IMG/VR virus record: IMGVR_UViG_3300045999_001420
Location: 1-53,546 of that record
DNA: 53,546 nt
From: a virus
Taxonomy: Duplodnaviria; Caudoviricetes
Direction: 5' to 3' (one strand)
Both the position numbers and the translations under genes were made by a program. The stretch's first letter is position 1. Each line of letters begins with the position of its first letter. The notes below the pieces were generated by a model. That model made no database searches and was not told the origin of the DNA. It saw only the letters and a list, made by a program, of their open reading frames with translations. Positions 44,331 through 53,533 of the stretch are shown piece by piece.

Positions 44331-46216
44331 TTGCAGTCTCCGTAGTTCTTGCCGATGTCGGCTTCGCACGCAACAGGAAGGTCCGGTGCCCACGATGGAG
44401 GGGTGGACATGCACTGCATGATGAACGCCTTGGCTTCTTCGGCTTCGGCCTCATCGACGCAGCACACCACCTCATCGTGAACTTGTAGGACGATCTTGTA
44501 CCGCTTCGCAATGGCGACCATCTGGCCTGTCACCACGATCCTTGCCAGTGCCTGTACGATATTCTCCGTAACCTTGCCGCCGTAGATGCGCACCCATGGA
44601 AGGCCCTCGGCGCTCTCGCCTGTGAGCTTGGCAACCACTGCCTTGCGGTACGTACGTCCGTCAGAGATGTAGAACAGCCCCTCGCCAGAGGCATTGCGGA
44701 GAAGCAGCGGGTACTGGATGGACAGCCCGTTGGGCAGGATGATGGAGTTGTCCTTGTACGGGAGCATCGCCTTCATGGGCAGCACCTGCCCCTCGCGCCC
44801 TAGTTCAAGGTCGTCCAGCACCCGTGAACAACGGTTCCAGAACATGGCGATGCGGTGGTTCTTGGTGCGGTAAAGCTGCACGATGTTACGTGCAGTGTGC
44901 TCATCGATCTCAACCTTGATGCCGCCCTGCCCCAGTGCCAGTGCATCGCGGAACTTAATTGCGCCCATGCCATAGCCGAGACCAAGGATGCAGGTCTTGC
45001 CGACGAAGCGTTCCACCTTGTCTGTCTTGGTGACCTTCTTGCCGTAGACCTCAGTGGCGAACTCGGAGTACACGTCACGCCCTTCGCGGAAAGCTTGGAG
45101 CAGATCGCTTTGGTCAGACACCCATGCCACCATGCGGGCTTCGATCTGCGAACTGTCGCAAGCGATAAGAACTTTACCCTTGGGTGCGCAGAGGGACTTG
45201 CGTAGTGTTCCTCCACGAGGGAGGTTCTGCAAGTTCATCTTGTCGCCGCCAGAGAAGCGGCCCGTGTGCGCCCCGTAGTAGTGCAGCATGATCGGCAAGC
45301 TACCGCGCTTAGCTACACCGATAAGCGAAGATGTGCGGGACTGTTCGATGGTAGACTTGACGCCCAGCCGTGCGGCTACGGCGTTCTGTACTCTCGGATC
45401 ATCATGCTCCAGCAGGGTGGTGAACGCCTTGTCCGTCTTACTGAAAGCGTATGCTGTCTTGCCAGTGCGAGGGCTGATCTTGGTGGGAGGGTTGACGCCA
45501 TAGTTGGACAGGAAGCTGGCGAAGTTCTCGTTGCTCATCAGCACTTTCTTGGCGTCATCCTCAGAGCAGTCCAGCCCAAGGTCAGCAACGAGGTCGCTCT
45601 TCCGGTTCATCACCTCCATGAGGTGTGTCTGAAGCATAGGCTGGTCGAGTTCGATGGTGGGGTCAGTGTACATTCGCATGGTGATGTCGATCACCCGGAG
45701 TTCTTCGGCAGTGAAGCGGCCCTTCATCTTGTGGAAGAGCTTGCGTGTAAGATCAACGTCGTTGACGCAGTAGGCAGCGTAACGTGAAAGTTCTTCAGGC
45801 GAGAAGTCATTGCGGCGTTTGCCCAGTGCGTTGACCACCTCGTCGCCCTTGGCACCCAGCTTATAGTGCGCAGCCAAGGCTTTCAGACTTCCGCCTACAG
45901 TGACGTTGTGCAGGGGCCGCGCCATGGACAGCGTATCCAGCCACAGCTTGGGTTCGATGAAGTAATGCCACGACAGGATAGCCCCGTCGAACACGGTGTT
46001 ATGGCAGAGGATCGCCTTGTTCTTATAGTTCAGCGACCGCAGGAACTTGCCGGGATCGTCGCCGCTGTACCAGTCAGTGGGGTAGTCGTTGACCTTGATG
46101 CCCACGCCGATCACCTCGAAGCGACGGTCACGGATGTAAGCTTCAGTGGTCATCTTCGACAGGGAATATTCCTTGTCGTAGTAAGTCTCGAAGTCAATGG
46201 TTACGATGTCCATCAC
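44327..46216 (-). CDS. polA: family A DNA polymerase with 3'-5' exonuclease
   Basis: DFET, HN..FD, TGRFSG, NLQN, DSSQIEAR, KTCILGLGYG and QVHDE. Confidence 0.95.
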   Translation of the reverse strand: MMDIVTIDFETYYDKEYSLSKMTTEAYIRDRRFEVIGVGIKVNDYPTDWYSGDDPGKFLRSLNYKNKAILCHNTVFDGAILSWHYFIEPKLWLDTLSMARPLHNVTVGGSLKALAAHYKLGAKGDEVVNALGKRRNDFSPEELSRYAAYCVNDVDLTRKLFHKMKGRFTAEELRVIDITMRMYTDPTIELDQPMLQTHLMEVMNRKSDLVADLGLDCSEDDAKKVLMSNENFASFLSNYGVNPPTKISPRTGKTAYAFSKTDKAFTTLLEHDDPRVQNAVAARLGVKSTIEQSRTSSLIGVAKRGSLPIMLHYYGAHTGRFSGGDKMNLQNLPRGGTLRKSLCAPKGKVLIACDSSQIEARMVAWVSDQSDLLQAFREGRDVYSEFATEVYGKKVTKTDKVERFVGKTCILGLGYGMGAIKFRDALALGQGGIKVEIDEHTARNIVQLYRTKNHRIAMFWNRCSRVLDDLELGREGQVLPMKAMLPYKDNSIILPNGLSIQYPLLLRNASGEGLFYISDGRTYRKAVVAKLTGESAEGLPWVRIYGGKVTENIVQALARIVVTGQMVAIAKRYKIVLQVHDEVVCCVDEAEAEEAKAFIMQCMSTPPSWAPDLPVACEADIGKNYGDCK

Positions 46217-46524
46217 AGCACCAGTCTCTGCACTACTTTGCGATTGAGTTTATATTCTTCGAGCGTGTCGGGGTGAACACCCTTGATGAACTCAAAGAAA
46301 TCGTCCATTGCCACAAGTGCTGCTTCGAGCATCATAATACGCTTGTCGAGGGCGTTAATTTGGACCGCCGTTGCGGGTAGTGTGCCAGTCGCTTGGTTAA
46401 GCGCAAACTCAGCGTCTCGTGCCCAGTTTACCAGCTTGTAAGCGTCAAGCGTCCAGCCTGTTACGGAGTCTCTCGCTGGATGAGCAAGACCAGCGGCTCC
46501 ATAAATCTTCGGTATTGGTATCAT
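46213..46524 (-). CDS. hypothetical protein
   Basis: Coupled ORF; RBS GAGGA. Confidence 0.65.
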   Translation of the reverse strand: MIPIPKIYGAAGLAHPARDSVTGWTLDAYKLVNWARDAEFALNQATGTLPATAVQINALDKRIMMLEAALVAMDDFFEFIKGVHPDTLEEYKLNRKVVQRLVL

Positions 46525-46721
46525 CTCATCCTCTTCCTGATATCGGCCAGCACGAAGTGCGGCCAGTGTGATTGACTGCGGGGTGACATGGATATGGTTA
46601 TTCGCACTGTGCGCCCACTGCTGTCGCCTACGGTTGCCTTGAAGTGTTTGCCCATCTCTATGCCGAGTAACTTATACCCTGCGCCTTCAACTACCTTTTT
46701 TATCTGTCGTTCTGACACCAC
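46521..46721 (-). CDS. small basic protein, HicA-like
   Basis: GKHFK and S.SP...ADIRK pattern. Confidence 0.45.
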   Translation of the reverse strand: MVSERQIKKVVEGAGYKLLGIEMGKHFKATVGDSSGRTVRITISMSPRSQSHWPHFVLADIRKRMR

Positions 46722-46962
46722 CGTCGTCCATCCTTATGACTAGCCTGCCGCCCAGTACGTTGATAACCGCTTCGATATCTGCCAGCTTGGGGGAGTTAAC
46801 CCCCTGCCGCCATTTGCGCATGGTGCTGGACGCGATGCCTGACCGTGTCGCCACGTCCTCCTGACTAGCCCGCTGGTGGTTCATCTGGTGCCATATCCAC
46901 CTGATCGCAGGATGGACAGCCTTACCTACCGCTGGTTCCTTTGTGCGTTGATACTGTCTCAT
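46687..46962 (-). CDS. XRE-type HTH protein
   Basis: SQEDVATRSGIASSTMRKW...PKL. Confidence 0.75.
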   Translation of the reverse strand: MRQYQRTKEPAVGKAVHPAIRWIWHQMNHQRASQEDVATRSGIASSTMRKWRQGVNSPKLADIEAVINVLGGRLVIRMDDGGVRTTDKKGS

Positions 46963-47120
46963 GAAATACCTTTCTTCAGTACGTCCATCCCCGCTACAAG
47001 AGCTATCATAGCGTTCATTATCTTCTTAAACCTTTTGGAGGGGTCATCTGTGTTTAGGGCATCCTTAAGATCACTGTGTGCATTCATCATGGCGTTCATC
47101 GCCATCTCGGCCTCCCTCAT
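46959..47120 (-). CDS. 53-aa hypothetical protein
   Basis: RBS GGAGAGG; ATGA coupling at both ends; not in the ORF track. Confidence 0.6.
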   Translation of the reverse strand: MREAEMAMNAMMNAHSDLKDALNTDDPSKRFKKIMNAMIALVAGMDVLKKGIS

Positions 47121-47416
47121 GGTCTGTTATCCTCTCCAATCACACGCTTCTCGTAAGCTATGAGAAACAACAGGCAGCAGCCAGCATGAGCCAGATGGCT
47201 AAGTCCTGTCTCAGGGTCGGCCTCTTCGCGCCGCCACCACGCCCACATATGCCGCATCAAGGCAGCGAACGGGCGGTTCCACCGCATACCTTTCTCCCAG
47301 TTGCGGTCGCCGTACTTGGTCGCACCGAACTGCAAGACCTTTACGATCTCCTCGACAGCATCAGGCGGTAGCAGGTGCCACGGTAGCTTCTCGTTGTCGA
47401 ACTTGTTACCTTCCAT
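47117..47416 (-). CDS. dATP/dGTP diphosphohydrolase-domain protein (DUF5664-like)
   Basis: KFD..K..WHLLP, GATKYGDRNWEKG, RH...W and DPETGLSHLAHA. Confidence 0.85.
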   Translation of the reverse strand: MEGNKFDNEKLPWHLLPPDAVEEIVKVLQFGATKYGDRNWEKGMRWNRPFAALMRHMWAWWRREEADPETGLSHLAHAGCCLLFLIAYEKRVIGEDNRP

Positions 47417-47431
47417 TGTCGTTCTCCTTGA

Positions 47432-47779
47432 TCACAGTCCTTCCCCTTCTTCACAGTCAATCGTCAGCTTCACACAGGCGATGCGGTGGCTTAGTCCGTT
47501 TTTGTCAAAATAGCCTGCCTTGTCTTGTGTGTCGTGGATGCCGCAACAATGTTCAAATACATTCACCCACACCTCACGCTGGATGCGCGGCTTCACTTCA
47601 ACGAGGTCGTTTATGGAATTGCTCATGCTCCATTGACCTTCTTTTAACCACGAGGTTACAATCCATGAGCCGTTTCTTTTAATCGCCCCGTGAACAGGAG
47701 TTTGACCACCTGCGTCCAGCGCATAGATACGGACTTCGCAGCCGTCTTCCGTCCGGTATTGCTTACCAAGTTCAATCAT
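47432..47779 (-). CDS. hypothetical protein (KQYRTEDG type)
   Basis: RBS GGAGGA; common phage motif. Confidence 0.7.
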   Translation of the reverse strand: MIELGKQYRTEDGCEVRIYALDAGGQTPVHGAIKRNGSWIVTSWLKEGQWSMSNSINDLVEVKPRIQREVWVNVFEHCCGIHDTQDKAGYFDKNGLSHRIACVKLTIDCEEGEGL

Positions 47780-47781
47780 TG

Positions 47782-48240
47782 TTATCCTCCAACCTTTCTC
47801 AGTTCGCCATCGTTGTCCCAATAAAACGTATGCACTGGCTCTGCGCAGACAGGGCTATACCTACAGGCAACCTGCGCTGCTTGCGTAGCAGGGGCACCAC
47901 AGGCCAAGGCACCGTAAGCGAAGTCACGGCCACCTCCGAACGCGCACATGGTCATGCCGTGGTCTACTGCATAGGGCGCTGCTTCATACCGCCGCACCCC
48001 CTGCCTATCGATAACGATCAGTTCAGCATCGCGCATCGCCCGAACCATAGGTGGGAAATCTTCTACTTTAGCCCCGGCCAAGTACCACTCGGCCATAGCG
48101 ACAACGTGTGCTGTCTCACCCGCCCCGGTTATAAGCTCGTCGGTCCTTGTCCAGAACTTACGAACCCTAAGCATGGTGGTATCACTGGGTGCGCCGCTGT
48201 CCACTGCGCACGTACTGCCGTCGAATACGATGACAGTCAT
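47782..48240 (-). CDS. HslV/proteasome-beta-like Ntn-hydrolase
   Basis: N-terminal M-T, DG...VDS, RK, GAG and FGGG.DFAYGAL. Confidence 0.6.
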   Translation of the reverse strand: MTVIVFDGSTCAVDSGAPSDTTMLRVRKFWTRTDELITGAGETAHVVAMAEWYLAGAKVEDFPPMVRAMRDAELIVIDRQGVRRYEAAPYAVDHGMTMCAFGGGRDFAYGALACGAPATQAAQVACRYSPVCAEPVHTFYWDNDGELRKVGG

Positions 48241-48326
48241 TGATCCATCTCCGAGAACATCAGGTAGACGATGAAGCCCATGAAGCCGATACATCCAGCG
48301 ATGAGGATCACATATTCCATAGTCAT
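48237..48326 (-). CDS. 29-aa single-TM peptide
   Basis: RBS AAGGAG; MTMEYVILIAGCIGFMGFIVYLMFSEMDQ; coupled at both ends. Confidence 0.6.
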   Translation of the reverse strand: MTMEYVILIAGCIGFMGFIVYLMFSEMDQ

Positions 48327-48733
48327 ATACTCCTTTGGTTAGCCTTAACTGTCAAGGCATTGATACGGATGAGGCGTTCAACCTCGATGACGTTGTAGTG
48401 GTGTTGGTTCTTGATCTCCTCGAACTTGCTGACCGAATGGACGATGGTCGTATGGTCCTTACCAAGGAAGCGACCGATCATTGGGTATGAGATATCAATC
48501 CTATTACGATACACTACCCAGCAGAAGTGGTGGCGCGGTATAGCGACACACCGCGTACGGTTCTTGGATTTTATCTCCTCCTGCGTCACGCCATAGTGAG
48601 AACATATCACTGATAGGCAGCGTTTAAGGGTGAAGATGGCGCGGTTTCTCTGCGCCACCTCTAGTACCTCTTCAAACACTTCTGGATAGTGGTACATTAG
48701 GTAATCGGCCCTGATATATTTATGGTTGTACAT
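48323..48733 (-). CDS. DnaA C-terminal (domain IV)-like HTH protein
   Basis: SKNR...PRH...SYPMIGRFLGKDHTTIVH. Confidence 0.85.
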   Translation of the reverse strand: MYNHKYIRADYLMYHYPEVFEEVLEVAQRNRAIFTLKRCLSVICSHYGVTQEEIKSKNRTRCVAIPRHHFCWVVYRNRIDISYPMIGRFLGKDHTTIVHSVSKFEEIKNQHHYNVIEVERLIRINALTVKANQRSI

Positions 48734-49433
48734 TGTCGAACACTCCGAACCTTTTGCGTAGGGCATCACGGTGGTGGTCGATCACCGCATCGAATTGCCG
48801 TGCCATCTCCTTATAGCTGGCAGACGGACCACCAGCGCGTGTGGTAAGGATGTTGATCAGTGCGTCCGGGTATTCACCGTTGACCATCCATTGTGCAAGT
48901 TCATCAGAGTTGAAGTAACTCGTATAGTCAACGACACCGCGCACCCCCAGCTTGAACCGTGAGAGGGCACCAAGCTTATAATTACGCAGTACAGTAAGCC
49001 ACACCCTGCGGGCGTCCTTGTCGATGAGCGTATGCTTATCGGGTCTGGGGTTGATGCAGATGCCGCTTACCATGGCGAACTTGATGCCGCCGTAGTACTC
49101 AGGAAGGAGTTTGTTCTTGCTATAGTGGTTTGCCCTGCCGATCCGATAGCGTCCGGGTCCGACACGAAACAGAGAAAGTTCCAAGAACCTGTTCATCTTG
49201 TAGACCATGCTAGTAGCGATGGTGCTGTACAGCGTCTCGCTATCCATAACAAACGTGATGGTGTCGTCCGGTGCGATAGTGGCGAAGTGTTTGCCGTTCG
49301 CCACGAGGTGGAAGTCGTTATCCTTCTTGAACATCCGAATGTTCTTGCCGCTTATGGGCTTGCCTAGACTTGGGGTGCGGCATGAAGAGAACACATCAGC
49401 ACAGTACTCGTAGTTGTAGAGGGTGTAACCCAT
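48720..49433 (-). CDS. hypothetical protein
   Basis: 237-aa ORF; RBS AAAGGA. Confidence 0.75.
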   Translation of the reverse strand: MGYTLYNYEYCADVFSSCRTPSLGKPISGKNIRMFKKDNDFHLVANGKHFATIAPDDTITFVMDSETLYSTIATSMVYKMNRFLELSLFRVGPGRYRIGRANHYSKNKLLPEYYGGIKFAMVSGICINPRPDKHTLIDKDARRVWLTVLRNYKLGALSRFKLGVRGVVDYTSYFNSDELAQWMVNGEYPDALINILTTRAGGPSASYKEMARQFDAVIDHHRDALRKRFGVFDNVQP

Positions 49434-49445
49434 GGTATGTTTCCT

Positions 49446-50066
49446 TTAGCGGTTAAGGATTTTGTGGATGGCAATATCACGCGCCAGTCGCTTGAGATCA
49501 GGGTTGATTTCCATCTCCACGCTGGATAGGCGGTGCTGCGGTACTTCAATCTTCCTGCGTATCTCCGAGGGAAGAAGGTCCACCAGTGGAGGAAACGTCT
49601 TGATAGCAGGAGGAAGCGAAGCGTACTTCTTAAAGACACTGCGCACTGCCTTTATTGCTCCGTCCCGTGCAGTATACAGTTCGTCAATACGCTGCCGCCA
49701 ACTAAGGATAGCGTCCACGATATCTTCAGTCACGGGCGTACGGTTGATGCCGACCCTATCCCCTTGAGTACACACAATATACTCTCCCGATGGATGGGTG
49801 TAGGCTGCTAACTGAACACCGGATAGTTTGAACGATGTATTAAGCTGCCTGTCGCCAGCACAGGAGATATCAATGCGATCCAACCTGCGAAAGAACATAG
49901 ACGGCAGACTATTCATGGCCGGAAGATGAGGGCCGTACATAATTTCATAGAGCCTGTCGCCAACGTCAGGCTTTTCCTTTTCGGCATCCTCGATGAACTT
50001 GCGATAGACAATCATGATGTTGTCAGTCACTTGCGCACTGAGCTTGTCGGATATTCGTACTGTCAT
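49446..50066 (-). CDS. hypothetical protein, Nmad5-like
   Basis: RBS AAGGAG; C-terminal VFKKYASLPPAIKTFPPLVDLLP resembles the Nmad5 signature. Confidence 0.55.
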   Translation of the reverse strand: MTVRISDKLSAQVTDNIMIVYRKFIEDAEKEKPDVGDRLYEIMYGPHLPAMNSLPSMFFRRLDRIDISCAGDRQLNTSFKLSGVQLAAYTHPSGEYIVCTQGDRVGINRTPVTEDIVDAILSWRQRIDELYTARDGAIKAVRSVFKKYASLPPAIKTFPPLVDLLPSEIRRKIEVPQHRLSSVEMEINPDLKRLARDIAIHKILNR

Positions 50067-50119
50067 AGGTATCTCCTTTGTAATGAAGGGGTGCGGCGTC
50101 ATTGCCGCACCCGGTTGAG

Positions 50120-51232
50120 TTACATCTTGACGACTTCACCCCATGGTGCCTTGTCGCTGTAGTTGCTGACCCACAGGACGGGGTAAGCGGGAGCGGAACC
50201 AAAGTCATCGCAGCACAGGTCGGTCAGAACCACGGTAGCGACAGGATTGATATCATTCTCTTCGAGGTGCTTGAAGATGGGCGAGAACGCAGTGCCGCCA
50301 GTGCCGGGAGACACAAGCTTGCCGATGTTATCGTCGGGCATGAACACCTCGGTCTTGCAGACCTCATGATGGAAGTACACTACGTGCAACTTCTCAGGCG
50401 CACCATCGCAGTGGATAGCACGAAGCTCTGCTGCAAACTCGTTAAGCACACGGTCATCGATAGACCCGGAGCAATCCAGAGCCACAACCATCTCGCCCAG
50501 CTTCTCACCAGTGCGGGAGGGGAGGTACATACCCTGCGTGAAGAACCTGCGATTGGGACGGGCGAAGGTACGCTCGTCGGTCTTGGCCTTCATAACGAAG
50601 CGGCGCAGCACGTCACGCCAATCGACCTTTGGCTGGAGCATATCACCAATAAGCCGCTGGAGGTTCTGCGATAACTTGCCAGCCATCTTCGCTGCCTGTG
50701 CAGCTTGGGCCACGAGGACCTTGGTCTCAGCCATGGCTTGCTCTTGCTCAGCAGCGTTGCCGTCTGCCTCTTGGATATCGTCACCAGTGCCGCCGATAGG
50801 ACCGTCACCGCCGCCGCCCTGATCAGGGAGTATCTTATAGATACCATCAGTGGTGCCGCCGCCAGCATCATAGATCGACTTGTTAAGCAGCCCACCATCG
50901 ATGAACTTGCCGATCTTCTCGTCGGTCAGAAGCTGGTTGATGACGTAGTCACCAGCCATATTCCACTTCTTGTGGTTCCTGCCCTGCAAGCGGTACATAT
51001 GCTCGAACATGGGATGGAAAACCTCGTGGGCCACGAGGAACTTAAGCTGCTCGTCGTCAAGGTCCTCGATGAACTTGGGATTGAACTTCACCCACTTGCC
51101 ATTGGTGCAAGCAGTGCGGACGTTGGGATCGAGGGACATGGGCATGTTAAGAGCAAGCGTCCCAATGAACGGCTGCTCAAGAACCAATGCAGTTCGCGCC
51201 TTGGCAAGTCTACGATTGAGGTCCATAGCCAT
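50120..51232 (-). CDS. metallopeptidase-vWA protein (DUF2201-like)
   Basis: TACTNG, HEVFH, WNMAGD.VIN, MIDAS DCSGS, GGT and TD. Confidence 0.88.
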   Translation of the reverse strand: MAMDLNRRLAKARTALVLEQPFIGTLALNMPMSLDPNVRTACTNGKWVKFNPKFIEDLDDEQLKFLVAHEVFHPMFEHMYRLQGRNHKKWNMAGDYVINQLLTDEKIGKFIDGGLLNKSIYDAGGGTTDGIYKILPDQGGGGDGPIGGTGDDIQEADGNAAEQEQAMAETKVLVAQAAQAAKMAGKLSQNLQRLIGDMLQPKVDWRDVLRRFVMKAKTDERTFARPNRRFFTQGMYLPSRTGEKLGEMVVALDCSGSIDDRVLNEFAAELRAIHCDGAPEKLHVVYFHHEVCKTEVFMPDDNIGKLVSPGTGGTAFSPIFKHLEENDINPVATVVLTDLCCDDFGSAPAYPVLWVSNYSDKAPWGEVVKM

Positions 51233-51318
51233 AATATTAGTATCCTCTGTGTTGCAGTTGTCGGGACCGGGACTATCGCACGGCAGCATTGTCGCTGCCA
51301 TGCGACACATCGTCGCGG

Positions 51319-51579
51319 TCAGTGCTCGTTATATTCAGCGACGACAACCGTCTGGTTGTCATAGCTATGTTGTATGCAGTCGATGACATCGTCCAATACT
51401 TCGTCAGCAGGATACTCGCCCTTGCTATGGTGCCCGATCATGTATGCCATAAGCGCCACTGCTTTGCCGAAAGCGATGATGACCTCGCCCTGCGTTGCTT
51501 CAGTCGGCGGTACAGCCATAAGCTGGGTGACCATCTGGTGTACGCGGTCCATGTTTACTGCTTCGTTATCGCTTGCCAT
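51319..51579 (-). CDS. acidic hypothetical protein
   Basis: ORF within the early operon. Confidence 0.6.
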   Translation of the reverse strand: MASDNEAVNMDRVHQMVTQLMAVPPTEATQGEVIIAFGKAVALMAYMIGHHSKGEYPADEVLDDVIDCIQHSYDNQTVVVAEYNEH

Positions 51580-51814
51580 CGAGTAACCTCATCATATGTT
51601 TATCGTAGTACCGTTTGAAGTGTCCGTAGCCACTACGTTGCTTGTCTTCACTCAGTAGTGCGTAACTATATACTACTTCCTTCTGCCCCCTTACCTTAAT
51701 GGTGATTTTGTACTCGTCTCCGAACATCAGCTTGAGGGTAGCAGCCAAGGCGAGAACCTTGTCTCGCCCCGGCCAGTGATTAGGTGCCAGCTTCACGCCT
51801 TCCCAATTATTCAT
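51566..51814 (-). CDS. hypothetical protein (WPG motif)
   Basis: Coupled ORF. Confidence 0.6.
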   Translation of the reverse strand: MNNWEGVKLAPNHWPGRDKVLALAATLKLMFGDEYKITIKVRGQKEVVYSYALLSEDKQRSGYGHFKRYYDKHMMRLLDGKR

Positions 51815-52044
51815 CCCCTACCCCAGTGATAGCGCATTATTGTTAGCCTAAACGATTGCCAGCGTTTTTCCTGTTCCTGTGGGGAGAGCTTGCCGTAGTG
51901 CTCGAACACAACTACGTAACTCCCATCTTCCTTCACCGCTCTGCAAGCGCCGAACATAGGTATATCGACACCCAACAGGCGAAGGGATGCGAGGATCACT
52001 TGCACTTGCTCCGTCCCCGGCCACTTATGCGGCAGTTCAATCAC
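51811..52044 (-). CDS. hypothetical protein (WPG motif)
   Basis: Coupled ORF. Confidence 0.6.
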   Translation of the reverse strand: MIELPHKWPGTEQVQVILASLRLLGVDIPMFGACRAVKEDGSYVVVFEHYGKLSPQEQEKRWQSFRLTIMRYHWGRG

Positions 52045-52901
52045 AGCCCACCCATAAACACCGCCATCTTGTCCATGATAGCCTTGGCCTCATCGATCTT
52101 CTGGCTACGGAACGTATCGTTACCGACGATAGCATCCTTGTTAATGTTAGCAAGCTTCTGCTCGACCTCGTTGCGCATGGTTTCGAGGTTGGGATCGTCG
52201 TTGAAGTTAAGGCGCGGCAGCAGTTCGCACAGGCTTTGGATATGCTCGATGCTGCTCTCGTGGAACCGGGACTTGGGATCGTCTACCTTAACCATCTTCT
52301 CCACAAGGTGCTCGACCCGGTCATAGAGCCGCTGCCATACGTCCTTCATTGCGGAGGCACTGGCGTCCTGCACCCGGCGCTCAACGTCCTGTTGAATACG
52401 GGACAGTTCATCGCTGCCGATGCTTACACGAAAGTCGTTAGACGGAACCGGGAACACGGCCATATCCATCTTGAACTTGGCAGCGATGTCGTTGTCGTTG
52501 GGATAGTCCTCCTCGCGGTAGAGTGAACCAAGGAACCGCTTGGCGTCTGCCTTGAGCAACGCATAGTTGCTGGTGAACAGGTTAACCAGCGTATCCCACT
52601 CGCTCTTCTCGCGGCGGAACTCAGTGATGAAGTTAAGGTAGTTGGCAGACGGCAGCATCTGCGTACCCTCGATGCCCCACGGCAACGTGTTCTCATAGTA
52701 CTTGTTGCGGATATAACCTGCCTTCTGGTGGACGTTGGACAGGTAGTCGTTCATGGGCAGGAGGGATTTGTTGTAGCGACCAACGGAAGCGTTGACACCA
52801 TGGCTGTGGGCAACCTCTTGGGTTGCCTTCTTGTCGTACTTTCGCGCGGTCCACTGGGAGATGTTAAGCTGCACGAGGAGAGCGCGGTCAGAAAGGTTCA
52901 T
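52041..52901 (-). CDS. DUF3150-like helical early protein
   Basis: LNISQWTARKYD, TLPW, DYP and LN..DDP.L; family usually found beside DUF2201. Confidence 0.7.
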   Translation of the reverse strand: MNLSDRALLVQLNISQWTARKYDKKATQEVAHSHGVNASVGRYNKSLLPMNDYLSNVHQKAGYIRNKYYENTLPWGIEGTQMLPSANYLNFITEFRREKSEWDTLVNLFTSNYALLKADAKRFLGSLYREEDYPNDNDIAAKFKMDMAVFPVPSNDFRVSIGSDELSRIQQDVERRVQDASASAMKDVWQRLYDRVEHLVEKMVKVDDPKSRFHESSIEHIQSLCELLPRLNFNDDPNLETMRNEVEQKLANINKDAIVGNDTFRSQKIDEAKAIMDKMAVFMGGL

Positions 52902-52951
52902 GGTAACATATCCTTTGTAGTTGATTGGTTGGTTGGGTAGTACGCTGGGGC

Positions 52952-53533
52952 TTATGCCCCAGCGTTGTCTGCCTTGATGCGGGCGATAGCCTCTTCGCTG
53001 AGCACAGCCAGCGCACGCTGCTCGACCGTTGCAGGGATGATATTAGAACGAAGCTGTTCAGCAGCAGGCCACACTGCCACGACATCGTTAAAGGTACGGG
53101 ACCCATCGATGAGGCGGATATAGTCCTCCTGCTTGGTACGGACAGCCTTAGCATGGGCCTGACGGGCCAGAACATAGGCGTTGAGGGCGTCCCTAGCTTC
53201 CTTTGACCAGACATATCCACGGTCGCCGCACCCTGTATGGCGAGGGACAAGCGGCGCTTCCGCCGCTTCGTTGAACATGAACGAACTCTCGTGGTCGTAG
53301 CGACCACCGTATTGGATGCAGGTGTCACGCTTGGCGGCACCGTACTTCTCCAGCACCTTCATATCCTTGGGTGGATAGACGGCAACCACAGCGGCGGTCA
53401 CGAAGGGCTTGGCGACAGCGTATGCAGCATCGAGCGTAGCCTTTTCCTTGGGGCATTTGACGTTCGCTGATGCGAAAATCTTGAGCCTCTTGCGGAGTTC
53501 GGCGTTGAGAGCCTTATCTTTGAGCTTAGCCAT
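52952..53533 (-). CDS. hypothetical protein, Nmad5-like
   Basis: RBS GAGGA; LN.ELR N-terminus and SRTFNDVVAVWPAAEQL. Confidence 0.6.
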   Translation of the reverse strand: MAKLKDKALNAELRKRLKIFASANVKCPKEKATLDAAYAVAKPFVTAAVVAVYPPKDMKVLEKYGAAKRDTCIQYGGRYDHESSFMFNEAAEAPLVPRHTGCGDRGYVWSKEARDALNAYVLARQAHAKAVRTKQEDYIRLIDGSRTFNDVVAVWPAAEQLRSNIIPATVEQRALAVLSEEAIARIKADNAGA

